Assembly (NCBI RefSeq): GCF_040938485.1
Contig: NW_027271515.1
Coordinates: 62,001 to 126,000, forward strand
Reading direction: 5' to 3'
DNA: 64,000 bases
Source: Diadema antillarum
Taxonomy: Eukaryota
The position numbers and the translations under genes are program-made. Positions 38,111 through 51,445 of the stretch are shown one piece after another. The notes below the pieces were generated by a model that made no database searches, had not been told where the DNA came from, and saw nothing but the letters and a program-made list of their open reading frames with translations. Every line of letters begins with the position of its first letter. Position 1 is the stretch's first letter.

Positions 38111-38860
38111 AGAATAATGATAATGAAGAATTGAATAACCTCCTAAGATATCAGGTAAAATATCGGGTACAGTGTATGAAGTACAACTCTATAAGAGAAC
38201 TGCAATGTATGTGTACATTCAACATGGCCTGGCAGGCAGCAGCTGCACACAGTTGCCCATCCTGCTGTGTGTACATGTATGCAAGCCTACATGCATGTTT
38301 AGTAATGGGAGCTGTATGGTATCCGCATTCCTGATCACAAATATAACCACCTGCAAAACTGATTTAACAACTCACAATTCGCAATTTTTCTTGTAATTTT
38401 TTTTTAAATTTTTTTTTGCATCTACAGTAATCACCAAGGCATACTGGTTTCCTAATTATCAATAGCTAAGAATGTAGAGGCCATTGCCTATCTCTGACTA
38501 CCTTGCCACAATTAATTCATAAAGAGGGGTGGAGATGGGGAGTCTGTCTCAAGTTTTTGCGTTTCATGAGACTGGGATCAGTTGCGGGATGTTATGTGTT
38601 CCAAAGCCACCAACAGTCATATTCAGGGCATGTTATGTAGTTGGAGGTGAAGTTTTGTTTTAAATCATTACTCCTTAAGTCACTCCCTTCAGTGTACCAG
38701 ATCACATCTGAAAACAGCTGAATAACTTATGTTAACTCTTAATTAAGTTCGAAACTACCGATGTGAGAAGTAGAAGTAATGAGGATTCCTTGATTTCCTC
38801 AGCATGAAAAGGTCAGCTGGCCTTGTGCTGCAATGCTGACTATGCTGATAGCAGGCATTT

Positions 38861-38868
38861 CTACCTCA
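38861..38868 (+). promoter_or_regulatory. let-7 8mer seed match (CTACCTCA)
   Basis: Third perfect let-7 8mer downstream of TRIM71. Weaker matches at 40079 (7mer-m8) and 40264 (7mer-A1). Confidence 0.55.
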
Positions 38869-41414
38869 AGACTCAGTATTACCAGTACACCTCAAATCCT
38901 GTTTTTTTTTCCCCATCCTGTTTTCCACCAAGCTAGTTGTATTATCTATGCGATGAATTAACAGATCTATTCGTGATTTGAGTGATATCATCTCTGAAAT
39001 AGAACAAACTCTCATTGGTAGCTTGATTGCATACAATTTTAGGAACAAGTCCTCGATTCATAGGATGTATGACACACGGACTGCAATTTCAGTTGCCATA
39101 TAAGCACAAAAACACATTAAAAGGATGGCATCCTCCTTCTCATTCATCATCAACATCAAATAGTCTTTATCTCATGCTTTCACAATAAGGCACAAACTGC
39201 TTTTTAACTTTCTATAAACCAAGATTATTAGAATTTTTGTGATTGCATAAAGAGAAAATGGGTAGTTTCAATCACAAAATGTTTAATTACAGTGCAGATA
39301 CACTGTATGTCCATCCTAACGTACACATTACAGTAAATTAATAGAAATAAGAATTTCTGTAAAAATTTGCTCAGGTTTGATTGAACACAATACAAATTGT
39401 ACCATCAGCATCAAGGAGACTTTTTTTCCTTACTTTTTTGAAGTCATATGCCAATAAAGATGCCAAATAACTGACACCCAGCATGAATAAGATTCAGGCG
39501 ACATAAGACTATAAACTCAGTAAACATTTACATACACTCATTGACTCATGCTGTGTATACTGCCTGTATACACGTATGTTGTGTCATTTAGTTATTTAAC
39601 TGACTCAATGCATTTGGGGTATCAAAATGTCATCAATATTTTATGAAAGTATAGTACAGTTTGATTAGATGTGTGTTTAATGAATTGCCTTCATAATTCA
39701 AATGTTTGTTTACGGTTCAAGGAGTCTTTTTTGTGTTCTGACCAATTTTGGTTCGTTTCATTTCACACAATGTACACAGCACCTCCTGCACAATTTCCTT
39801 TTCTTTTGTATGCCTTTGTCATTATTATTGTATGCATTATTCAGTATTTGTAGAGTGCACCCAGTTCATGTATAATGTTTAATGTCTGGTCAGGTCAATC
39901 AAATCATATTGGTATATTTGTGAAAGACGTGCTGCAGGAGAAGGGATTTGTGGGTCTGTCCCTATCATTTTAGATCTCTTTAACATCTAGACGTCTAGTT
40001 GCTCACCTCATACACCTAAATGTTTATCTTGTATATGAAATTGTTAATTAGAGATTGTCTGAATTTGCAATTGTTGTGCTACCTCTGAAAAAAATGACAG
40101 CTTTTTAAAAAGAATGTCAATATATTCATGTTCAGTGTGGTAATGTAATGAGAGTATTTGAATTTCTAAGAAATGACTTTTAAAAATGATGTGTATATCC
40201 ATGTTATATGTGTATCGTGATCTGAGGTGCAAAGTTGTGTAGATTGACTGGGAGAAGAGACTTTACCTCAGACACACACTGGTAAAAGAGACAGGAAACT
40301 ATTATCTCAGGCTAAAACTCTAAGGTAGTCATACCACAAAGAAATACAGTTGAAGCAAAGCTTATGTGCTGTTGTGTGCTAGTAATACCGCAAACAGTCT
40401 AAGACTGATGTGCTCAGTTTTCAACGTTTCATGCATGTATCTGCTGTCATTGCTCTAAGCAAGATGGGTGAAAAAAACCCAGCTGCCTACGCCATAGTGT
40501 CGCCTTCTGTGCTTGCAATGTAAAACAGCGCTTGCTTCAAAGTATACCCCTCACTCTTGTTCCTGCCATGTTATATGCTTCAGGTTTGCTCAGTAAGAGG
40601 AAAAAGTGTTGTGATGTTGTTGTGTTTTTTATATGAAATGCTGCAAGAGTGATTAATACAGGGTGCCATTCCTGTTGTGAACATGCTTATGTTTTGTTTG
40701 ATTTATTTCCTAGTTTGCTACATGTATGTTGAATGAATACAGTAACTTTCTTTGGAGCAGTCTTATTGCTTGTTCTGAAATATCTAAACAGCACCTGATT
40801 CTGTGTATGGCACAATGATTTTCTGGCTTTGAAATAGTCCTGATACAGATCCAAAATGGATGACAGATTCCAAACTCAGTATATAGTCCTTTGATAATGA
40901 GTAGATTTATTTCTTTTGATTGAATTTGTGATTTGTAAGACTAATGCTGCAGGGTGCTAGAATTTCTTCAGGCCCAAATAATGAATGTAAGTTTGTAAGT
41001 TGTGACCTCATTCGCAGAGACTTACATTGTATCTACCATGGTGCATGTATGCTTTAAGTTTGTCTGTTTTTTATCAGAGAGAAGCTGTTTCAAAGTGCAT
41101 AGTATGCGGCTGTTCTGTACAAAATCAAAACCAAACTGATTCACCACTTCCTATGGGGCTGCAGCAATGTGTATTGGTATACTTTAACATCAGTGAGGGG
41201 TTGATGGTGTTGTTGATTATATCTCTTTTCTTTGTGTTTTATTGGCATGGGTTCACATGGTTTCTTAGAAGATTCTGGGTTCTCCAGAAATGATGAAACA
41301 TCACCTTCTTTCCATTCTATTTGTAATACTGAAGGATCATTGCACTAATACAGTTAGAGCATATATTCTTATTTGCCCTTTAAAATATATAATTTCTTTC
41401 ACATGAATCTGACA

Positions 41415-41422
41415 TACGGGTA
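41415..41422 (+). promoter_or_regulatory. miR-100/99 8mer seed match (TACGGGTA)
   Basis: Second perfect miR-100 8mer, about 50 nt upstream of an AATAAA. Confidence 0.5.
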
Positions 41423-41465
41423 TAATACAAAGAGAACAGCAAACAGATAAAGAATCAATATTTGT

Positions 41466-41475
41466 ATTAAATAAA
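41466..41475 (+). terminator. Candidate distal poly(A) signal of TRIM71 (overlapping ATTAAA/AATAAA)
   Basis: ATTAAATAAA. Other AATAAA at 39453 and 43004. The site actually used cannot be determined from sequence. Confidence 0.4.
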
Positions 41476-41724
41476 GAATGTAGCATGTGAACATGAACTT
41501 AAGGGGCTACCTCTGCTGTTTACACAGCAACTGGTAAGTGACATCTCATAGCAGCTGGTACAGGTATTACTCATTTTAACTCCATCGTGTTTTCAGAACA
41601 CTTGACGTTGTGCAGTATTCAAGTCATCAAGCCAGTAACGTACTGGTAGCCAAAGTGGTTCAGGAAACTTACAATTCGTAATGGAACAATGTTAAGGCAG
41701 TTGTTTGAGAAGGGCATGGGTAAA

Positions 41725-42001
41725 CAGGAGCCGCGGAACTTTTTTGGGGGTAGGGGGCTGTGGACTGGGTGTGTGTGTCATGGGTAAATGGACCCCATCC
41801 CCCCCCCCCCCCCCAAAAAAAAAACCGACTATCATGGACATATACCTTCGGAAAGTATAGGGTGTTGCGATTTTTCCCCTGTTCTTCTGTCCCTCGTCCC
41901 CCCCCCCCCATATGTGTGGTTTTTTTGTTGTTTTTGTTGTTGTTTTTTGAGACCCCAAAAGTGTGTGACACTGCCCATGCCCTATGGTTCCGCGGCCCCT
42001 G
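41725..42001. mobile_element. hAT-like MITE with 5-bp TSD (GTAAA)
   Basis: CAGGAGCCGCGGAAC ... GTTCCGCGGCCCCTG, flanked by GTAAA on both sides. Confidence 0.85.
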
Positions 42002-42207
42002 GTAAAGACGCATTTCAGATTCTGTGATGATCTGTGAGTTTCACATACAGGTAGAGATGAGTGAGAGATCATCTCGGGAAGGAAGCTGGTACGCTCTAGG
42101 TGTGCCAACTGAAATGTATACCGGTAGGTTGGAACAGGTTCTTCCACCTCCCTGGCTAGAGTGCAATGAGTGACCATTTCAGTGCTGTTGCCATGCAAGA
42201 ATGCATC

Positions 42208-42241
<34 letters not shown>

Positions 42242-44677
42242 AAGTCATAGAGATAATGTCAGCATCTCAGTCCACCAACAGTATTTTGTATTTGCTCTTC
42301 CTGCTCTGAAATCAAGTAAGAAATCGGATCAATCCTGTGGTCAAACCGCCGAGTTACCCTTGCACTTGAAACAGCCTCTTGTGTGTGAATGTAGCAGCAG
42401 CATCATGACCTTTTCTTCTATTGTGATAAATGTATGCACAGCTACAATTATGTTCTTAGGAATTTGCAATAATGCATTCTGAGCATGGTATGGAAGATTA
42501 GCAGTAATGAGTGATTTCTAGAGTATTGACTTAACCATGAAAGTAATTAATATGATTTAGCATTGACCGTGAGGAATTTTTCTTTGTACGTGTAGAAACA
42601 TCATTCATGGCATTTAAAAATCATGTTCTCTGTATTCCGACTGCAACCTGGTGGTTGTAGAATCCAGATAGCATTTGATATTTGATATTCTAGGGGAACA
42701 CTGAAGTTACTCAGTTTTGCCCTTTAATCATAGTATGACAGATGTTCCAGCAATTTCAAGTCATAGTATTGACACTCATTAGATACAGAGACTTGGAAAA
42801 TGCAGTGGCAATGGCGTTCATGTTACTGTGGTCCAGAAAATGTTAGGTCTATGCATTAATTCAGAACTAGGATGTATTTTAAAACTTGTGACTGTAAGTA
42901 GCTATACCAGTAGGAAAAATGATTACCGGTAGTTCATTCACCATCATAAATTGATTATATTTCATTTCATTGCATTTGTTGTTGCACAGTTTCATTGAAT
43001 GAAAATAAATGTTGAGAATGGCACCAACATTTGTTGTAAAGTTTTATTCTTTCTGTCCTTCAGGTAACTATCTTACAATCCTGAGAGTGTCAAATTGTAT
43101 GTGGCAAACAGCAAAAGTCAAAACAGAAAGGCAAAACAGAAACACATTTTTTGTCTTCAGTTGTCGCACATAGCTGGTACGTTGCACAACGTCATTGGCG
43201 ACAAGATTGATTCCCACTCTTGGCACATTCCGTATTTGTTATGACACGTTGACATAGCTGGCAAAGTTTAATTCCTCTAGAGAAACGTAAATTGATGTTG
43301 ATATTGGTGAGATTCCTCTATTGTGTACAATCAGGAAGCGTTTGTTGATGTGAGCTACAAGTAGATCTGTTTTCATGAGTTAGCTCTGAGAAGACTGGTT
43401 ATTTCAAGAATGTGCTGATGTTTTCTGTGTAAATTGGTTAATTTTTGAAGCATCTGACAGTGAGGCTGGGCTGTGTTGTCTGTTGTGTATTAAAATCAAT
43501 TGGATTCTAAAGTACAGTATGCTATATATTTAGCATGTCTAATTTGTGCAAATTTGGACTTCCCGACAATTTCATGAGTGGTTTAATTGTGTATCAGTTC
43601 ACACGGGTAGGCATTCCCAGATACTGTTTACATGTACTGTGTACTGCATACCAGTACATATGCATGTGGGCATGTATGTTGCATTCATGTCAATGTTAAT
43701 ATTTTTGTGTATTGTTAATAGTTGTGAATAGCACCCGATTCACAAAATTTGCAAACGTATAAAACTGCAAACATGGTGTATACAGTCTTGGTGATTGGCC
43801 ACCACATTTGGGGTTATTTTCAGCTACATTTTCATGTCGTCTTCTCCTATCTCTGCAAATTTCCCTTCTTTTCTCTTCTTCCATTTACCTTCACACTTCC
43901 CCACCCTGTCAAAAAGAGATATGTATCGGTACACTGAGTATTTTGCCAGCAAAAAGACTTGAGAGATACAGGTAGATAGAAATTATAGTGGGATAGAAAA
44001 ATGCATACATGTGGGCACCATGCAGTGTTTCTTGGAATCATAAGCATTTGATAAATACATGTACAAAATGTGCATTATGTGTACATCCATCGGCATGCTG
44101 AGATGTGTTGATGTACTATGTACACACGACTATCACTGACGTTACATGTGCTCACATATCGACATAGTATAGGAAGTCCAGGCTGAACTCCAGGCAGTGT
44201 GGTTGCTGATGAGATCAGGGAGGTGAATGCACTGCCATGCTACACAAATGTGTTACATCAGGGAGCACCTCCCTGGTTACATGCAGTGTGTTGGGTTGGC
44301 TGCATGTACCAAAGCGTAGTGTTGCACACTCAATGTACGTTCCATTTATATTATACTGGTACATATTTCATGTGATTCCATTTAACAATCACTTGTTCCT
44401 CTCGGCCATATCCAGCATGTATTGCAAACACTGTATCATCGTGAAGTTCCGCGGTGTTGGTCATGTCACGCAGGGGAACCTCTTTGTTTTACCACAGTGA
44501 ATGACTCTGATCAGGGAATTGCATCATATTACATAACAGCTTGCTTGCCCTTTGATTCCCTGTATCTTCTGAGGACTACAGCCCCAGTTGGTTGGGCTGC
44601 TAATTCTAAAGCATGATGAATATTTGCTGAAGGCAAAATGGGCTCTGAGCCAAAGAATTTCCTTTTCCTCTACTTAA

Positions 44678-45246
44678 AGGACAAGTTCACCTTCATAAAC
44701 ATAAGGATTGAGAGAATGCAACAATAATAGTAGAACACATTAGTGAAAGTTTGACGAAAATTGGACAATCGATGCAAAAGTTATGAATTTTTTAAATTTT
44801 TGTGTTGGAACCGCTGGATGAGGAGACTACTACAGCTTGTGAGTCATATGCGTACAACAGTATAAAGAAAATGTAAAAGAAAATTCAACATATTTTCACT
44901 TTTCTCGCGTAATAAAGGAGCTCTTGACTTGCCTCTTTCTAAAGGCAGGGGGAATAATATTACCCATAACATTTGTCGGTAACGAGTCAGGGGAATGTGT
45001 ATTTTTTTCAAAAGATGGAATTTTGTGAAATTCTCTTTATATTTTCCTTATATTGTTGTACGCATGTGACATCGAAGTTATTCATACACTGCAGTAGTCT
45101 TCTCATCCAGCGGTTACTGCACAAAAACTTCAAAAATTCATAACTTTTGAACGGATTGTCTGATTTTCCTCAAACTTTCACTGATGTGTTCTACTAATAT
45201 TGCTACATTCTCTCAATCCTTATGTTTATGAAGGTGAACTTGTCCT
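44678..45246. mobile_element. Complete Kolobok-like MITE with ~130-bp TIRs and TTAA TSD
   Basis: TTAA|AGGACAAGTTCACCTTCATAAACATAAGGATTGAGAGAATG ... CATTCTCTCAATCCTTATGTTTATGAAGGTGAACTTGTCCT|TTAA. Confidence 0.9.
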
Positions 45247-45455
45247 TTAATGCCCTTTTGCAATTCAAGGCCAGTGTAATGCTTATCTCCCTGACCTCTG
45301 GGGTATATAAAACCCACCCCACCCCCTTTTTGTACTTGTGTTTATGGGAACATAATTATGTTGAGAGAGATGATAGGCCCTATGTGTTGACAAATACAAG
45401 AAGAAATATACATAGGCCTATACACTTATAGCATTTGTATTGATAGATTTGCATG

Positions 45456-45508
45456 TGAGTGTGTGTGTGTGTGTGTGTGTGCGTGCGTGTGTGTGTGTGT
45501 GTGTGTGT
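45456..45508. repeat. (GT)n microsatellite; others near 9477, 12628, 13143, 28160 and 31365
   Basis: Direct reading. Confidence 0.95.
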
Positions 45509-47204
45509 GCTCTGATGAGGCATAGGCCTACATTGTAGGATCTTGTGCTTGCAAGATTTTCATGCTACTGGTATTGGTAAGGCCTGAAGAGCAATGCCTT
45601 TTCCTTATTTTTGATCTAAAATTAAAATACTTTCACTGATGATGTTTCTACATGAGCAAAATAAGTTTGAGATTTAAAGAAAGGAAATCAATGCCAAGTG
45701 TGGTTTTCTAGCCTGAAGAAAACAAACCTATGCATTAATTTCCCCCATACCTACATTGTATATAATCTATGAGTAGTATAGGCCTGCATAAAGGCATTTT
45801 TAGAATTCATATGTGCTCAGGGTGTGACATATATTTTGTGTAACATCATACATGTTGGGCTAGCAAATTAATGTTAATGTCATGTGGTATTGTAAGGATG
45901 TATTCATGCTTCATGTGTGTGCACAGTGAAAAGTCTTTTTCTTTACCTTGAGACTGCTCATATCAAAGGAACCACAAACAGGGTGAATGTTGCAAAATAG
46001 GCATATGTATGCACAACAGAGTATAGGCAAGCAAGTTTCTTTGAGAATTACAGTTGTGGTTTTGAGAAATACAAAACTGAAAGTCGATCAGTACAATTAT
46101 AAGATAGAGGATGATTTTTGTATATAACTGCAAGGTAGTAGTGCATGCACTGGAAAAAAAAAATGGTATGTTATCGAAAGGTGGATTTAGGAGCTGTATA
46201 TATTACAAACTTCAATGTGTGCATCATGCCATTGCTAAAATGGTTGAATCACAAGGGCCATGATTTCATGTATGAGAAAATGTGAAATGTGCACACTGCA
46301 GCGACCACGTGGTTATAGTGAGAAATTTAAAAAAGTGCGCGTCTTGAGCCGAGCCACCAGTGAACACTACGATCCGATGGGGGCGCAGTCCTGTAAATGC
46401 CTTTTCTGCAACATAGTCAAACCTTTGGCCCAGCAGAGACACAATGTGAATTGTACAGCCAAAGTCAAGTGTTTGTACTGTGTGAAAAACCTGGGTGCCT
46501 ATCACATACACTGTAGCTACTGTACTTAGCCAAAGGAGTTGGTGGGATAAACTTGTACTTTATGAGGCTGAGGTTACAATGTCTGCTGGGTTGACCTTTT
46601 AACCCCATGTGTCTGCACATACAAACATTGAATGCAGCTCAACTTGGCTTGAAGTTCACTGTGGCACATTTGAAACATTGCCATTTTTATGTAACACACT
46701 ACACACACATATTGCTGTACAAGGCCCATCCATCAGCACACTTATTAAACTGTCAAGCATTTTTTTATTGATTAAAACTAATAATAATGAAAAATATGCA
46801 TTGAATGAAAAATATTAGGAATGATGCACAATGAAGGAAGACAAACATTTTAAAGGGAAAGCATATATCCACTGAAAATGGGACAGTTTCACACTCAGTA
46901 TGTCAAATTTCTGAAGAAAAAAATAGCTTTTATTCTTAAAACATATCTTTTTATTTCACATGAAGAAGTCTATCAAATATCATGAAAACACACTAGTTGA
47001 TGGCTTCATAACTGCCATCGAGATCATGACATCACAATACAGGCATAGGTAAATGTAGTTCAGGTTGATAAGTGAGAAGCATGTAAGGTCAAAATTGTGT
47101 TGTACTGAAGCCAACCTTATGGTATAGTATGGTGCAGCGTAAACATTATTTGTCACAAAGCTGTATACATTCTTATATAGGCACATTATGTTTTTCTATT
47201 GTAA

Positions 47205-47600
47205 AGGAAGTGGTGTAGACGAGGATTGGGCTTTCAACTTTTTGCGAGATACCAAGGTATCACTTATGAAATACAGTGTAGTATAAAACATACTATTCTC
47301 AGAGGAATTCAAAGTGTATTTGATGAAAATCGGTTTTGGAATGGCTGAGACTTCCAAAAACAAAGTACTATTAAAGACAAAGCAATCCTAATGAAAGGTG
47401 GGTAACACCTTTTATTAGGATCACTCTGTTTTGGATATCTCAGCCATTTCAAAACCAATTTTTATCAAATTAACACTAAATCCCTCTTGGAATTACATGC
47501 TCTTTCATATTTCATTAGAGATTTCTCATTATTTCACACACACACAAAAAAAAATGTTAGAAACCTGAAGTTAGGTCTCATCCAAAACTATACAATCCCT
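47205..47600. mobile_element. Kolobok-like MITE (same family as 1337-1821)
   Basis: Shares GGAATTCAAAG..GATGAAAATCGGTTTT..ATGGCTG and its inverse; ends ATCCCT|TTAA. Confidence 0.75.
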
Positions 47601-48828
47601 TTAAACCTGATTGAAAGTAAACACTTGATGAAAGTGTTAAAGTAAGTTGCATGCTATGTAACAATGGCCACATAAAGTCTTCGGTTGAGAATGATAAGGG
47701 CGTTAAGTGACCACAAAACCCATAGTGTTCGAGAAGACTTAAAGCCCTTCTCATTCTCAACAGACGAAGTGCTCATGACATTGAGTATGTACATATGCTC
47801 CTGACTCAATGACTATGTATTGATATTTTTTGTACACACAATAATAATAAATGGCACAACCAAAAGTACATTGTCTCCACCACCCTACCCCCACCCCCAC
47901 CCTAGTGATCCATTGATTACTCAGTAGACTTGCTCCAGGAGAGTGGGGGCTTGTACTTCTGGGCTCAATATGGCAGACACAAGGTTTAAATGCATATACC
48001 CTCACATGCAAATTTTAGTGTGGGTGCCAATACATCAAAACTACTTAAGTACTGAAATCAAAATATGCCTTTTACTGTCAAAATAATAATCATGTCATAA
48101 ATAGTCCATGAGAAGAGATATGATTGGTATTAATTCTGTGTCAAATATATGTCACATGAAGTAGCATGTGGATAGTTGTTACAACAGGAAGGTACATTCA
48201 TTTTAAATGTAATATAAATATTGAACCATTTGAAGACTTTCTTTCAAACTGAGAAGATGAGGCATTGCAGAAATTCTTTATTTAACCTTTATGTAACCTC
48301 ATCAATAGTTGGATATGAATTTTTACACATTTCATGTGATAAATTCAACACATTTCTAACATAACTTGAAGGCTTCCAAGAATATTTTACAAAAGAACGC
48401 TACATGTAGTTGAACACTCTTCAAGAGTGTAATAGGCTTTATCTATAAGTATGCCATACCTAGGTACAGTGTATGTGTCTATTGAAAATATGTGTTTTCT
48501 AAGTGTCATATCTCCATATGAAGCTCTAACTCTGTGAGTCAAGCTTTCTGCCTCACATAAAAACAATCAGTGAGTGTTAGCCTGTGGTGAAAAATGAATC
48601 ATGACTGAAAAGGGGGATTAAAGAGGCACCTAGGTAGCTGTATCCCTCCTACCTTCCTGTTTGCACGGCAGGGTTTGGCAGCAAAGATCAAAACATGTCA
48701 TGTGGCGATGACAACAGAAGTACTACAGATGTCAGTCCCCAGTATCTCTCAGAAGAGGCATCTTTCTCTTGGAACTGATTGCATAACGATTCCTTGTACT
48801 CTATGAACCAGCGTGGTGAGTATAAGAG

Positions 48829-49008
48829 CAGGGGTGGATCCAGGAATTCTGTAAAGGGGGGGGGGGGGGGGGGGGGGGCGTGACTAATATTTCTGGTGCC
48901 ACTTCCGGGTTTCATTGCAGTATTTTCTTTTTATTTTCTTTGTTTTAACGAAAATTAAAGGGGGGGGGGGGCGTGCGCCGGTTGCGCCCCCCTCTGGATC
49001 CGCCACTG
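48829..49008. mobile_element. GGCGGATCCAG-family hAT-like MITE
   Basis: CAGGGGTGGATCCAG ... CTGGATCCGCCACTG; flanks share TAAGAG (6 bp). Confidence 0.8.
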
Positions 49009-49755
49009 TAAGAGGCCCCTCAGCAGACTCAAATCAACACTCGAATGTAAATTCAAATAGTAAATACATCAAACATCAGTGTCAGCTACTATACTACACC
49101 TCAACATGCACTGTACATACACCATGCTAATAATATAGAGCACTAATCCCAGAATTAGTTCACAAGTTGCACCATGGTGTGGTTTTTTTCTCTAATAGCT
49201 AGGATCAACATGAAAGTCATATATAAGCAGTATGGATGTAACAGTAGGTGTATTCACATTTTAATTACTGTGGTATTAGATACCATAGTAATTTGTTGGT
49301 ACGATTCTTACTGGTAAAATACCAAGGTAATAGATCTGGATGCTGTGGTTATTTACTATTTAACATTCTAATTCTCAAAATACACATGTAGCATGTTATT
49401 TCTGGTAAGCACTGTGCATGCTCACATCTCCTGTGGTGGCAAGACGGGAAGTATGTCAGGTCACTTGAAAAACACACTGCTGCATAAGGATCGCTGGTTA
49501 TCTTGTGACACGATTCTCGATCAAATCTCGCATGCATATTTCTTGCGAAGTTAACATGCTGTATTTGCCTGTATTCACATTATGAAATACCACAGTGTTT
49601 CACAATCAATGTGAATACACTTATAAGGTGGAAGCAGCCAGTTTGAATTTGCATATTGCACCTGACTAGAATGAGACACTTTGAATACAGAAGAATCATT
49701 CGCATTTCTAAATATGATTAAACTTTTCTGTGCCTAATCTAAATATGCTTTTTAA

Positions 49756-49842
49756 CCCATTGCAGACTATAGTCCCAAGTATACTTGGGCAGATGTCTAT
49801 GAGAAATGCATGTTATAGTAAAATCAGCCCATTTTCAAGGGG
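49756..49842. mobile_element. piggyBac-like mini-element
   Basis: TTAA|CCCATTG ... CAAGGGG|TTAA. Confidence 0.6.
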
Positions 49843-50164
49843 TTAACGAACTATAACCAAGGGAGCTAAACAGAGAGAAACATGGCAGTCCAAGAATTTT
49901 AATAATTCTGGCCTTTGTTAACTAACTCTTTAGCCAGAGAAAGCTGTTAGGGAAATTCCAGTGCAGTGGAAGGTTAGTCTGAAAGAAGTATAATTATTTA
50001 GCCTGATGGAAATTTGATCAAAATTGTATGAAAAAAAGAATAAGGAAGTTGTGAAATTCTGAAGTTTTTTGAATTATTCCCCCAAACATTTCTTGGACAG
50101 TCAATAACAATATGCATTATAGTGAAGAGGTGATGTCATCCCCTCACAACTTGTCATATAGTTT

Positions 50165-50327
50165 CAGGGGCCAATCCAGGAATTCCGTAAAGGGGAGGTG
50201 CCTTTACAAAATGAAAGGGGCGCGCACAACCCCCTCACCTCCTTTTTTTCTTTTTATTTCTTTTACTTTAACATAAAAATAATGAGGAGGCACGTGCACG
50301 GAGTGCCCCCCTCTGGATCAGCCACTG
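50165..50327. mobile_element. GGCGGATCCAG-family hAT-like MITE with 5-bp TSD (AGTTT), nested in an older inverted-repeat element (~49990-50730)
   Basis: CAGGGGCCAATCCAG ... CTGGATCAGCCACTG, with AGTTT on both sides. Confidence 0.8.
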
Positions 50328-50852
50328 AGTTTGAAGATTTTGATATTTCAAGTTGATCATTTAAACATAGTTAGGGCCTTAGTCTAAGTTCTTGATATAT
50401 ATCTGACTGATCAATATTTTGAACTTATTCAATCAAAAACAACATTATGTTTTACATCAGTTTGATAACAGAAGACTTGAATTTTTGTCATTTTTTAAAA
50501 ACAAAATTGATGGAAAATTGTGAGGTGATGACACCATCAGGTCATTCATTTGCATATTCACATCAACTGCACATGAGAACTGTTCTGCAGAAACTAGTGA
50601 AACTTCACAATTTCATACCTTCCCAATTTTCATCCAATTTTGATCAAATTTCCACAGTTTGTTGTTGTACTTGTGAGATTTTACTCCTTCTTATCAGAAT
50701 AACTGGCCTGGAATTCTCCTTTAATATTATCTATGAAGTGCTGAGACCCATAATGTATATCAATGTCAACTTTTCCTGATATCAAAAAAACAATATTTCA
50801 GGTATTACATTTCAGTTATCACAATAACTGCAAACTTCAAGCCTTGACCTGG

Positions 50853-51445
50853 TTTTATTGTCAAGCCCACCGGAGGTACGTGGAGACTAAGGGATCACCT
50901 GCGGCGTCTGTCCGTCCGTCCGTAACGCTACAAAAACTTGAATAACTCTCTACTGAGGACTTTAATTTCAATCAAACTTGGAGGGAAGAGTGGTTATACA
51001 AAGTTATACATTTTACCAAACATGAAGGTCACCTCAAGGTCAAAGGTCACTGGCAGGGGTCAGTGAACTTAAATAGGGCCCAATGTTAGGTTTTTACGGC
51101 ACATTTCGATTATGGCTCATAACTTTTGATGTATAAGTCTGTTTGTTTCCAAACTTGGATGGTAGATGTCCCTTGGAGAGTTAAAGGTCACCACAAGGTC
51201 AAAGGTCACAGACAGGGGTCAACGAACTTTTAGGGCTCAATGTTAAGTTTTTACGGCGCGTTTCAATTATGGCTCATAACTTTTGATCCATATGTCCGTT
51301 TGTGACCAAACTTGGCTAGTAAATGTCCCTTGGGAAGTTGAAGGTCACCACAAGGTCAAAGGTCATAGGCGGGGTCAATGAATTTAGAAAAATATTAATT
51401 TCTGCTACGCGAATGGGCGAGACACATTTTGGCACTTGCCTTGTT
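50853..51445 (+). mobile_element. Helentron-associated (DINE-1/HINE-like) element
   Basis: Subterminal inverted repeat TGTCAAGCCCA / TGGGCGAGACA, GTCC repeats near the 5' end, terminal stem-loop GGCACTTGCC followed by TTGTT, and ~150-bp internal repeats. Confidence 0.7.

Noticed and set aside
41692-42198. 168-aa minus-strand ORF
   Set aside because: Most of its length reads through the 41725-42001 MITE and its homopolymers; no homology recognised.
44210-45825. Further miR-125 seed matches (TCAGGGA at ~44214, ~44258, ~44511; CTCAGGG at 45816) and let-7 7mer at 55172
   Set aside because: More than 10 kb from the TRIM71 stop and beyond three poly(A) signals; probably outside the mRNA.
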